A stretch of DNA of 55,228 bases, the filler included, from Circinaria calcarea (Eukaryota), in the NCBI GenBank assembly GCA_051942165.1. It is 3 parts of 3 records of this genome, joined end to end, with 100 filler letters (N's around TTAATTAATTAA, not from the genome) between each part and the next. Parts side by side here need not be neighbours in the genome. Positions count along the whole stretch, not along the records: positions 1 to 18,356 come from JAVECS010000236.1; positions 18,457 to 36,796 come from JAVECS010000237.1; 1 more part is not named here. One strand, given 5' to 3'. The notes below the pieces were generated by a model. That model was given only the letters and a program-made list of their open reading frames with translations. It searched no databases and was not told the DNA's origin. This document shows, in pieces, positions 10,557-21,211 of the stretch. The first letter of the stretch is position 1, and each line of letters starts with the position of its first letter. A program made the translations under genes and the position numbers.

Positions 10557-13361
10557 TGCTAGGCGATAGCTTGTAAGAAAAGGAGTTCTGTGCAGATATC
10601 GACAACCTTCACAACGGCCGAAGCTGAAGAGAAAGAGCCTCTGATATATCTATTTCATAAGGGCAATTTAGCCGGCAATGAGAGCCTAGGCGTGATGGTT
10701 CGGCTGACCGGGATCAGATGAGAAAGGTGAGAAGACCTCCCCCGGACAGAATCTCCCTCCGATTGGAACTGCTCTGGGGAAGGTACAGTAAAAGGGATAT
10801 TAAAGGTGTCGAGCAGCTGCCATGGCACCAACACACTGATGACAGAAATACACGTGAATGGAGAATTTATCCAGGCCGGTCGATGCGGCCAGGAGGGTGA
10901 AATCATGGTGCTGAGAGTGGCTGGACAGCAAGAAAGACAGAGGCAGATTGCATACCAGTGCACGCAGTGGGTGGTTGGCCCTGGCAAGGAGTGCCGTAGA
11001 GTAGAATTTCTGAAGGTGGCCGATAGTCGGCCTGAATGGCTGAAAAATGCCTGAAGTCCGAGGGAACGTGCACGTGTAATGGTAGAAGATAGACGCCACA
11101 GCGCTTTGAAACAAGCCAAAGCCCTTCTATAAGCCAAACGAGGATAGGGAAAAGGAGAGTAATCACTGCAGCGAACGTACAAACGAGATTGAGTAGGTAT
11201 GGAGTAGGACAGGATGGAATGAGGTCGTGCCTCTCTGGTCACATTCCGCGCCGCGGCCTGTCCAGACATGGGGTCGAATATGTGACCTGGCCCTGGACTT
11301 TTTGGGATGACCACTACATACAGTCCACTACATACAGTAGTGCCCGTGGTTTGCGCAGGACATTTGCTGCACGACCTTTGTTGCGGGGGAGAGGTCAGAT
11401 TGTGGATGCAGACCCATCCCAGCGGTAAGATTGGTTCATGTACCACCCAAAGGCGCCCTACCTTCCATCCACCACACACAAATCTCCGGGTGGATCGTGA
11501 CGGACGAATCAGCAGTCTCGCCTCCCCATGGCTGGCCCCGGTTTTGTGGTCGGCGGGGTATCTCGGCTCCGTACTTGTACCGAAGTACCCCTTAAAACCT
11601 TTGGTCGCAGGCTATTCTGATTCAATCCTTGCCAGCTCCTCGGAAACAACCACTGGTTCGCTACATCTTGCTTCGATGAGGTCGGTGATACGGTTGCGCT
11701 ATGATGGCGAGTTTCGTGGTGGGCTACATATCATTCACAGAAACCATGTGCACAAAGTCACACCTGATCTGATCATCTATAGGGTTGCCGGACGAAGGAT
11801 TGCACCACCGGGGAACAACACCATCGGAGATATATCTAGACACTCAACCGGTTCATTTAGCCGTCTAGTCTAATGGCCTATCCGTCGTCCACCCTGTTCT
11901 GCTTACGCACTACGGTGACCATAACCATGTCCGAGGCTATTATCTCACTGATAGTCTTCTCCCGCACACAATCCCAAGGTCCAGTTGACCATCGTCTCCC
12001 AGCCCACAGTCCGTCCTTGACAAAGCCACAGCAATTATCCACGAGAGGACTGCTTCCCACTGAACATGACCGGCGTCCAGGTGTGGATTCTGAAAGAGGA
12101 TAGGATTGAGCATCTGCGTGATTATTCTCAGCGAGCTGGGAACATGGTTCAAGTACTGCAGGCTCACATCAGCGGTTATCGTCACGGAGATGCGGGTGAT
12201 CCCGAATAGAAAATCCTTCGGGCACGGGAATAGAGTGGGCATGGAGAACTGGCTGTTACAGAAACTGGCAGATGACGCTTCAGTGCTTTGTCAAAATGGG
12301 AGATCTAAAGCATTGCTTGATAGAAGTAGAACCAGCGTTTACGTGGAACGTAAACGGATCACGCCGCAACGAGGACTCGAGGCTCCCCCCAGCTTGGATA
12401 TCAAACGCAGCACCTAGTGCTCGGAAGTTTGTTATTTGGGTCATCAAGAAGTGATCAATCTAAGGGTATCTCTGTCCTGTGTAAAATGTGACAGTGGGAT
12501 GATGCTGGCACATTCTTTTCACGGAAACATGCAATTTCATAGCCCACCCCTTATTCTTTATGGTTCACCGTCTATTCGTGAAGGGCGGCTACCATTGAAA
12601 TCATCATAACAAGAATGTATTGTCGCAAGTTTACTACCGCCAGGTTATTACCTTTTCAAGGTCACTGTCGCCATGTTTCTATCGCAATAGCATTGCCACT
12701 GTCGCAAGGTCACTGTTTACAGACGATAATAGGCGTTTGCGATAGTGACCTATGGCGATTTGGCCCATGAACCTTAGGCTGGTACCTTTACAATAATTAT
12801 GCGCGCTTTAGGTAGTAGTACCCCCTAGTAGTGGTATTTTCCTCAAAGGTTAAACTAAAATAAGGGGATGGAGTCTGAAATTGCATATTTGGTTCTTTTA
12901 ACTGGCGTGAGGAATTATGTGTGAAGACCATCTCGTACTCCTTAGATGTCAAAGGATCTTTCAAATCAAGTGTTGACATTTCGAACTATGATCATATTAA
13001 ACCATGTTGAGTTTCACGGGATAGTCATCCAGAGTCGAGTGCAGCTTTCATCAGCGGCTTCTACTTGTTTGCGAGTTGAGTTCGAAGAGCTGGCTGACAT
13101 CAATTCAGGATATATCTTCGGTGTGTACATCAACTATCGATAACTCTACTCCAATTCCAAGGATTAACGGGACAGTGGAGTGTAGTAAGAGGAAAGAGTA
13201 AAATGAAATAGCCTGTGGACCAGAAAGGCCATGATAGAAACCCCTCTGCACCGTATGTGCCGTTAGTTGTAGATATGGTAGAGTAGGAACATAACCAGTA
13301 CTTTAGAGGGACTTTCATACAAGCTACTCTAGGAGTAGGTACTTCTACACACCTTAAGTCT

Positions 13362-13390
13362 CCCTAACCCCTAACCATAACCCTAACCCT
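13362..13390 (+). repeat. Interstitial telomere-like (CCCTAA)n, about 4.7 degenerate units
   Basis: ccctaa-cccctaa-ccataa-ccctaa-ccct read directly. Confidence 0.75.
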
Positions 13391-14271
13391 CCTAAAACAA
13401 CAGCGGGTGAAGTCCCACCCGGGAAAATAAAGAGCCTGGATAGAGTGTGCGAAAGTGCTAAGAAATATCGGCGATTCTTGACGAATCGGAGCGACTTACT
13501 CCGTACGCCGACTTAACCGAGGGGCTGTTTACTCTAGCTTATTCCCAAGTGTCGCACCCCACAACATTTCATCCTCCGACACCAAAAAGTTGCACGGACA
13601 GCCTTCGGATTAAAACGGCCCATAGTGGGCTATGCTACTTCGGTAACTCTGGATGGACTAACTGCAGAGACGCGAATCTCAACGGGTGAGGATAGACGAC
13701 AAACAGTCTCGACAGTCTACCAAAGGTAACTCGAGTTATATGTTCCAGCATCGGCGTTTGATTTCTGTCCTGTCTTTTCTCTCTACATTACGTGTCTCTT
13801 TATTAATTGCTGCCATTCCTTCATAGCTTTCCTTTGAATTTTAGATTGCAGAACATCCCCACCTGACTCAAGTACCTCGCATCTACAGGTGAGATTGCGC
13901 CACCATTCGAGCACTTAAGATTCTCTTGCTCACATTAATTTACAGTCTAGGCGTTACGTTTTGAACAAACTTGTGCATCGAAGCTATTTCGCGCTGTGAA
14001 GCCTCGCCTCTAGACCCATCTTCAACCGGCAAATAGGGCAGCCATTTCATCTTAGTCCGTCCTTCCGGTCTTACTGGAGCAGCCATTCTCTTGCGTCGGA
14101 TCGCCGTCGAACGTTAAGTTGAAAACATCAGCGTACACATGGGGCAGGAATCAAGGAAACCTTCATTCCGATACAACGAAGGAGGAAGACTGTTTGGGAA
14201 AGCAAGAGGTTTTGCGCTACATAGTGCTGAAGCTTGTTAGTCAGTCACTGGACATCGAGCGCCCTACAAAG

Positions 14272-16467
14272 ATGGTATGCCTGGCTGAGTGTGCTGCACT
14301 AGCAACGTCAATTAACGCCAAACAGAGACTCCTGCACGTTCGTTCAACTATCTTCCTGGTGGCTCTGTTTCTTTTCGACTTGATTCATGTCAGCCGTGGG
14401 CAATTTCCCCCACCGAGCTCTAATGTCACGACTATACGTTCTCCAGTCAACGGAAACATCACCATAAGTTTTAAGAGCCCACCTATTGGGACCTGTACCA
14501 CGGTCTTCCCAAGCCAGAAGCAATACACTGGGCATGTTCGTCTTCCTCCATTTACACTTGCGCCTTTACAACAGAATTACTCTATCAATACGTTCTTCTG
14601 GTTTATCGAAGCCAGGGGTGACGCCAGCACAGCACCTTTGACTATATATATCAATGGAGGGCCTGGCAGTAGTAGTATGGTCGGACTGTTCCAGGAATGC
14701 GGCCCATGCCAAGTTGTCGAAGTCGCGAAGGATCAATTTGGTACTGTGGCACGGGATTGGGGCTGGGATCGAAGCTCCAATGTTATCTTCATAGATCAAC
14801 CGAATCAGGTCGGGTTCTCGTACGACACGCCAACGAATGGATCGCTTAATCTACTTGATAACTCATTTTCCATTCCACCAAAGGTCGCTCCTCTGACTCA
14901 GCCACGCTACAGCTTCCTCAACGGAACCTTTAGCTCCAACGATTACCGTAAAACCGCAAACACTACCCAAATTGCCGCGCTTGCTACATGGCATATGCTG
15001 CAGGGTTTCCTGAGCGCTTTTCCCCAGTACAATCCAGGATCCCGGTCCAACAGTACAAAGCCCGGTGTTGTAGGGGTGAACCTTTTTGCAGAGAGCTACG
15101 GTGGAAAGTATGGTCCAACATTCGCAGCGTTGTGGGAGCGGCAGAACATGCTACGTCGAAATGGTTCAATCCCAAGTAACAGTACTTTGGAGATACGGCT
15201 TGCATCTTTGGGCATCATGCAAGGCTGTGTGGACGACTTGGTTCAAGGACGATTTTATCCACTGTTCGCCCACAACAACACATACGGAATCCAGGCAGTC
15301 AGCTTGTTGGATGAGTTGACAGCAGCGAATAGCTTCCTAAGCGCCACTGGCTGTCAGCAATCAATTCAGGCTTGCAGGGACGCTGCGAAATCCATGGACC
15401 CTCAAGCGGCCGGGGATGTTATGGCTGTCAATCGGGTTTGTCAAGGGGCGCAGAGTAATTGCAACAATAATGTAATTGGGCCTTACACAAAATCGGGGAG
15501 AGACGTGTACGATATTGCTCAAATCATGCCGGATCCTTTTCCTCCAAACACATATTTAGACTACCTCAATTCCGGCAATGTGCAAGATGCCATCGGAGCG
15601 GTTGTCAATTATACAGAGACCAATAGTGCTGTCTCGACTGCGTTCTTGTCAACAGGAGACTATGATCGAGGGAATCAAATAGCCGAGATGTCCTACCTCT
15701 TGTCTTTGGGTGTTCGAGTTGCTCTCATTTACGGGGACCGCGACTATATCTGTAACTGGCTCGGCGGGGAGGCCGTTTCTTTTGCGGTCGCATCTCAGTC
15801 GCCTGCGAATTCTCCATTCTACTCGGCCGGATATGCCGATATCGTTGTCAACAGCTCATATATCGGAGGCGCGGTCCGTCAATACGGCAACTTATCGTTT
15901 TCGCGTATCTATGATGCTGGCCATTTGATCCCGGCTTATCAGCCGGAAACAGCATTCACGGTGTTTACTAGGGTGATTATGGGTACAGATATTTCCACCG
16001 GCGAGCCTATAGATCTGAATACTTTCGCATCCGAAGGAGCAGCTAATGCCACCTACCGGAACACTCCGCCCTCACAGCTTTCACCAAAGTGTTGGATACG
16101 AAGTATAGACAGGACATGCACGGATGCCCAAAAGGCCATGATTCACAACGGACAGGGCTTCGTCATTAATGGCGTCTTGTACGACAAGGAGAGTGACTGG
16201 CAGGCACCAGAATCATCTATCGCTTTGAATGCCGGCATGCCTGGGACCGTCCCGACTAGTATAACAGCAACCAGCGCCTCATCGGTTGGAAGAGTGATGA
16301 CTCCTTCCACAACGATTACCGTGCCCACGGGAGTTTACGTGGCCACGGGCACGCCAACCATGTCGTCTAAGAGTAAAGGGGCTGCGGGCAAAGAAGTGAT
16401 ACCAAACACCTGTGTGTACATATTTGGGTGTGCGACGCTAGTGATGGCTCAAGTCATACTCTCTTAG
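14272..16467 (+). CDS. Serine carboxypeptidase S10, secreted, probably GPI-anchored
   Basis: INGGPGSSS, FIDQPNQVGFSY, AESYGGKY (Ser), YGDRDYICNW (Asp), AGHLIP (His). Ser/Thr-rich tail and hydrophobic C-terminus. Likely ATG at 14272 followed by a 51-nt intron (14275-14325). Confidence 0.92.
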   Translation: MVCLAECAALATSINAKQRLLHVRSTIFLVALFLFDLIHVSRGQFPPPSSNVTTIRSPVNGNITISFKSPPIGTCTTVFPSQKQYTGHVRLPPFTLAPLQQNYSINTFFWFIEARGDASTAPLTIYINGGPGSSSMVGLFQECGPCQVVEVAKDQFGTVARDWGWDRSSNVIFIDQPNQVGFSYDTPTNGSLNLLDNSFSIPPKVAPLTQPRYSFLNGTFSSNDYRKTANTTQIAALATWHMLQGFLSAFPQYNPGSRSNSTKPGVVGVNLFAESYGGKYGPTFAALWERQNMLRRNGSIPSNSTLEIRLASLGIMQGCVDDLVQGRFYPLFAHNNTYGIQAVSLLDELTAANSFLSATGCQQSIQACRDAAKSMDPQAAGDVMAVNRVCQGAQSNCNNNVIGPYTKSGRDVYDIAQIMPDPFPPNTYLDYLNSGNVQDAIGAVVNYTETNSAVSTAFLSTGDYDRGNQIAEMSYLLSLGVRVALIYGDRDYICNWLGGEAVSFAVASQSPANSPFYSAGYADIVVNSSYIGGAVRQYGNLSFSRIYDAGHLIPAYQPETAFTVFTRVIMGTDISTGEPIDLNTFASEGAANATYRNTPPSQLSPKCWIRSIDRTCTDAQKAMIHNGQGFVINGVLYDKESDWQAPESSIALNAGMPGTVPTSITATSASSVGRVMTPSTTITVPTGVYVATGTPTMSSKSKGAAGKEVIPNTCVYIFGCATLVMAQVILS

Positions 16468-16788
16468 TACCCGTACAATTACAGATCACAAGCGGTTCTC
16501 TGGGTGGTCGGAGGCATTGAAAGCTTGTAAATGTAATGGAGTTTGCATAGATACCCACAAAAGCGTTCTGACTTTGAAAAAAAGTGAGCACTAGAGTCCC
16601 ACGTTCTCGATGGATCTGATAATGACTTTGCTATGGCTATCATTTGATTGCTTCCTCAAGACGTAGTCTTACAACCTGCAAGTAGAATTTGGGGGCAAAT
16701 CATAAATCATATAATGCTCGCGGAAGAAGCTCCGGGCATGCCACTCGGCTTTCCTGCCATTCCGAGGCCACAAGGCTGAACGGACTCA

Positions 16789-16801
16789 TTCTAGAGTCTT
16801 C
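16789..16801. promoter_or_regulatory. Heat-shock-element-like motif upstream of AHA1
   Basis: TTCtaGAGtcTTC matches the three-unit nTTCnnGAAnnTTCn HSE with one mismatch, upstream of an Hsp90 co-chaperone gene. Confidence 0.4.
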
Positions 16802-17011
16802 CAAACCGGACAATAACCCCAAACAGAAACCTTCCAGTAAACATTTAAACTGGTTTCAAAGAGAAGACCTACAAAGTTTCTGAAAACCAAAACCATCTTT
16901 CTAGTTCACCATTCGCCCTCCCCAGCACTCTCAAAACTCGGAACCGTTCCCTACTTCATTGAGTAGTGAGTTGCATTCATTGTCACTTGATTCGGTTTGC
17001 TTGACTACGGT

Positions 17012-17111
17012 TTGCATGATGATTGAAAAAGTTGGCACCAGTCCGATAGATTTGTACTCATAGATGCGGATTAACTTTTGCTGGAGCATAGATCTCCTTC
17101 CACTCTGATCT
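17012..17111 (+). ncRNA. Box C/D snoRNA candidate in a 5'-UTR intron of AHA1
   Basis: C box ATGATGA 17016-17022, D' CCGA 17043-17046, possible C' ATGCGGA 17064-17070, D box CTGA 17105-17108. Guide GTTGGCACCAG is complementary to conserved 18S CUGGUGCCAGC. Lies in a putative intron GTGAGT (16966) ... GCTGAT ... TTGCAG (17171). Confidence 0.72.
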
Positions 17112-17247
17112 TCCACGCATTCCTCCTCTATTGCAAGAATGCAAAGTCTCGATTGAATGCTGATCTTGCAGGCAATACTCCCTTAGCGATTTCTCTCGAC
17201 TACATCGAAAGCCCTAATACCATTGCGAGAGTTGCCGCATCGTCACA

Positions 17248-18356
17248 ATGGTTTTACACAACCCCAACAATTGGCATTGGGTCAACAAAGATGCCTCGGA
17301 ATGGGCGAGGGACTACCTCGAGAAAAATCTTATTGGAATCTCGGCGAAAAAGGGGGATACTTCGGCAAGGGTAGCGAAGATTACAAGTATGGAGGGGGAC
17401 GTTGATGTCAGCCAGAGAAAGGGCAAAGTTATAACACTCTTCGACGTGAATCTACAGTTAGAATACGAGGGTAAGGGATGAACAGGGCATATACAGCCGG
17501 ATTATACTGATGTCGGTCTAGGCAAAACCGGAGCTGAGGACCTTGTGAGCGGTTCTATCACGATCCCCGAAGTAGCCCATGACACCGAGGAATCTGAGTA
17601 CGTCGTATGTTCCCTTCTGTTACCCCTTGCTCTATTCTACCTTACTGACAGATTTCCTTGCGTCCGACAGTTCGACATAGACATCCACGCTAATGCATCG
17701 TCTAAACAACCCGTCAAAGATCTCGTTCGTTCAGAGATAGTTCCCCAACTGCGTGCCGCTCTCCACAAACTTGGCCCTGCTCTGATCTCTGAGCATGGCA
17801 AGGACCTTCAGCACGCCCCCAGTTCCGATCCCTCTAGCGGGTATACAACTCCTCAGACCATTGTTAACTCTTCGACTGCAGCACAAGCAAATGCAAAACC
17901 GTCAACCTCATCCACGTCCACCACCTCTGAAGGGGCAAAAAAAGGCGGGCCTTTGGTCAATACCACCACCGTAACCTCCACTGAAGAATTTCGCACAACA
18001 GCCGCGGAACTCTTTGAAACCTTCACTTCCCCTGAACGCATCTCTGCCTTCACCCGCTCTCCCCCCACCGTGTTTGAAGGGGCCCACCCTGGGGGTAAGT
18101 TTGCCCTTTTTGGCGGCAATGTTTCAGGGTCCTATCTCACTGTCGATTCGCCCACCAAGATTGTTCAGAACTGGCGCTTGGGACAGTGGCCAGAGGGGCA
18201 TTACAGTAAGCTGGAAATTGCGTTTGATCAAAATGATAGGGATAGCGTTACGGTAATGAGGGTGAAGTGGGAAGGGGTACCTGTAGGCCAAGAAGAAGTC
18301 ACCCGGAGGAACTGGGGAGAATATTATATCCGGAGCATCAAGACCACTTTTGGGTA
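17248..18356 (+). CDS. AHA1: Hsp90 ATPase activator Aha1 (last exon lost in gap)
   Basis: MVLHNPNNWHWVNKD, VSQRKGKVITLFD, IPEVAHDT; C-terminal AHSA1 domain (FALFGGNVSG, IVQNWRL..WP, NWGEYY..IKTTFG). Introns 17471-17521 and 17605-17670. Confidence 0.95.
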
Positions 18357-18456
18357 NNNNNNNNNNNNNNNNNNNNNNNNNNNNNNNNNNNNNNNNNNNN
18401 TTAATTAATTAANNNNNNNNNNNNNNNNNNNNNNNNNNNNNNNNNNNNNNNNNNNN
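18357..18456. other. Assembly gap with artificial linker
   Basis: N44-TTAATTAATTAA-N44; the linker gives stop codons in all six frames. Confidence 0.97.
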
Positions 18457-18945
18457 ATGCCTTTAAGCTTTGCTAATTCCTTCAGAGCGGTGGCGTAACT
18501 AGACTTATCCGCTTCGTAAATGGCAAAGGCTGCTTTCGAAGTCTCATGGACGACCGTCGCGTCGTTGGATGCGACCAGCGCAGGCAGTTGGGGCCTGAAT
18601 TTCCCGTACTTTCTAGCCCAAAACAACCCGTTAGCTTTGCCTTGACCCATTCGTAACCAGAAGGTGCTCGGCATACAGTTTCCAGTCCATCAAATCTTGC
18701 ACCTCTTTTTTGTCCAGCCATGCTCCAGCTTTCTTCCGGCCCTCCAAGGTCTGCGGTAGTACTCCATAGCGCAGTGTGTCCTTTCGGAGCGCCTTGTTCG
18801 CTCTAGACCCTTCTCTCTTCTTCGGTAATTGATCCAGTGCCCGCTGCGTAAGCTCTCCCATTAAGAGCGGATGGAGAGATAGGGCGTGGTCGAATTGAGC
18901 TAGGGTAATGGTCGACGCCAAGGGTAATGCGTTCAAAGGTACCAT
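18457..18945 (-). CDS. Conserved hypothetical protein entering a helix-hairpin-helix-like motif (3' end in gap)
   Basis: DTLRYGVLP..WLDKKEVQDLMDWKL|KYGKFRPQLPALVASN..ALKELAKLKG across a GTATGC..GCTAAC..TAG intron; truncated by Ns. Confidence 0.75.
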
Positions 18946-19144
18946 TGTAGAAGCTCCAGTGAAAGCGTCGGCTTTGGATACGGGAGGAATATAAAAGGGT
19001 TTGCACAAAGGTCGGTGGATGTAAGATATAATTCTTTTAGCTTAATTAGTTTATAGTATAGAAATCTCGTATCGGATATCGTAAAGCTTCAATACGTGCG
19101 TATTGTATTTCTCGGTGGTGGGAAAAAAGCGCAGCTGTGACCAA

Positions 19145-19852
19145 GGGCCTGTTCGGTGGCACCGATTTATCTTACCTTATTGCTCAAAACGTATTATTAG
19201 ACTTTGAAATTACCAAGTGACCGTTCGGCTGAACCGATTTATTGAATTTCAATAATCTATTATTCAAAACGTATTGTTGCAACACACACCCAAAAAAATT
19301 AGCCTTGGCAACAAGTTGGTCCGGGACCTATTTGTTTAAAATAAACAACTTATTGCTTTTTTTTCTTAGCGCCATACGTATGTTTATTATAAATTTACGT
19401 ATCAACTATAGCATAATAATGCGCCAACGTCGGACTTTTGGTAATATTCAAGGGTGTAAAGTGTCTTGCTTAAGGCTTTCCTTATATAAGCCTTAACTAC
19501 TTAAAAATTTAGACCTTGGCGCAATGAGTGGTTATATATTGGGAGGTTTTGGTGAATTCCATAAGAAATTTGTTATATACGGGAGCCCGGCACCGATACC
19601 TTAAACTTAATATCGTAAAAGTCTAAGTGGCAGGGTAGCGTTGCTAGCTTAGAATTTATACCCTCGTATTGGTCAGAAAAAGCCAGCTAGTGTAACATAG
19701 CTCCGTTGTGGAAGTACAATAGAGCTAGGCCGGGGGCTCTTTCCTAGTTATTCCGCGCCTACGTTTATATTACACTAACATAACAGAGTTTGCTAAATGC
19801 CCTAATTGTTAAAACAAATTGCAAGAGAAATCGGTGCAACCGAACGGGGCCC
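19145..19852. mobile_element. Non-autonomous TIR element (MITE), PIF/Harbinger-like
   Basis: Left TIR GGGCCTGTTCGGTGGCACCGATTT (19145-19168); right AAATCGGTGCAACCGAACGGGGCCC (19828-19852) is its near reverse complement. Flanks CAA / TAA; AT-rich non-coding interior. Confidence 0.8.
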
Positions 19853-20282
19853 TAAAGCTGGCTTTTTGAAGATCGCAATGAGGCCTTTTACAATTTCTTT
19901 TTACAACATCTTCAACTCGACACTAGGACCTGATAAATTATACTTGGGGATGGCTCGAAACAAAGACTGGAACGAACGTCCACAGATACATATTTTACTT
20001 GTTCATTGTTCATAAGATGCGTTTATCATGAATCTCTACATACATATGGCTTTCTCAAGGTGGAACCCAAAGCTCAGGTCACCACTCTTGATGGTTATGT
20101 GTAGAAAGTCCACATGTACTCGAGACACTTACTCCACATCACCGTTTTAACAAAGGGAAAAAAATCAAGATTCCAGTGTGCACCAGGCACAACTCTGTCA
20201 GTACCAAACCAGCAGGCAGACCGGTAGTAGAACTCTGTTCCCAGCATCGCTGTCTCACACCGCAGTCATTGTGATTGAAAGA

Positions 20283-21211
20283 TCATGCCCAATACCATTC
20301 AATGCCTGGTTGTCTACCTTTTCCCAAGGGATAAAAGTACTCGAATAACGTTGGTGAAAGGTCAACATCTTTGTCGTTTTTCTAGTCACGATTAGTGACT
20401 ATGCCAACATATCCAGAGAAAGAGAGCAACTTACACAGCCTGCACACTTATCAACAACAGTGGCTGTTTGGGTTATACCGGTCGCCGGATCTTTCAGATG
20501 AAGTGTCCGACCGCAAAGAGGGTTAATCACATCACCACTGCTTAGACTTCCCATCATTCCCACGGAGATAGCAACCACCATCTCCGTATCTTGATGAACC
20601 GGACCACCACAGGCACCTACACCTGCTGATGGATTATAGTGGGTGATGTCCGCAATGCATGGTGAGCCAGGTGTACAAGCAGTAGAGACTTTCGCACCAG
20701 GGAGAATGCTGGCTGCAGGGACTGGCGCGTTTACAACGGGTAAATCTGAAGGGGTAACAACTGGTAATGGTGCGGCAGTGGATGTAGCTGGGGGCGCTTC
20801 TGGAGTAACAACCGGAACTGTAGCGGAGGCCGTGGTGGAAGAAGTTACTGGGGCTGAGTTCACAGGTGCAAGCGGGGCTGCCGATGACGACGATGATGAC
20901 GACGACGACGAAGATGATAACGTTGGGGTTGTCGAGAGGGTCGCAGCCGGGGTGCTGAGTATCAACGCTGGAGTCTCTGGGCTTGCAACGGGCTGGCGGT
21001 TAACATCCGGGGTGTCTGTAGTCATTGCCGATACGGTGGAAGTTGCTGATGGTACCGCTGCGCCAGCAGGGAGCCACACCGTCGTAAAAACCGAAACAGT
21101 GTCAATAACTTCTTGGGTGACTGTGTACCAAACTATGTCCCGTTTCACCACTGGCGCCGCGATTGTAACGGCTAGAAGCGAAGAGAGGGCAATGATATTG
21201 AAGGACTTCAT
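20283..21211 (-). CDS. Secreted Ser/Thr/Pro-rich protein with C-terminal RlpA/expansin-like double-psi beta barrel (Asp f 7-like)
   Basis: Signal peptide MKSFNIIALSSLLAVTIAAP then KR; DITHY...GACG, MVVAIS, NPLCGR, ATVVDKCAGC|KNDKDVDLSPTLF...IEWYWA*. One GTAAGT intron near the 3' end. Confidence 0.88.

Noticed and set aside
10655..11479. 274-aa minus-strand ORF and overlapping 188-aa plus-strand ORF upstream of GH81
   Set aside because: No recognisable motifs and atypical Ser/Cys/Pro/His-rich composition; probably promoter or UTR noise.
18401..18412. TTAATTAATTAA palindrome inside N-runs (also 36841-36852)
   Set aside because: Identical N44-linker-N44 layout at both gaps indicates an artificial scaffold spacer, not biology.
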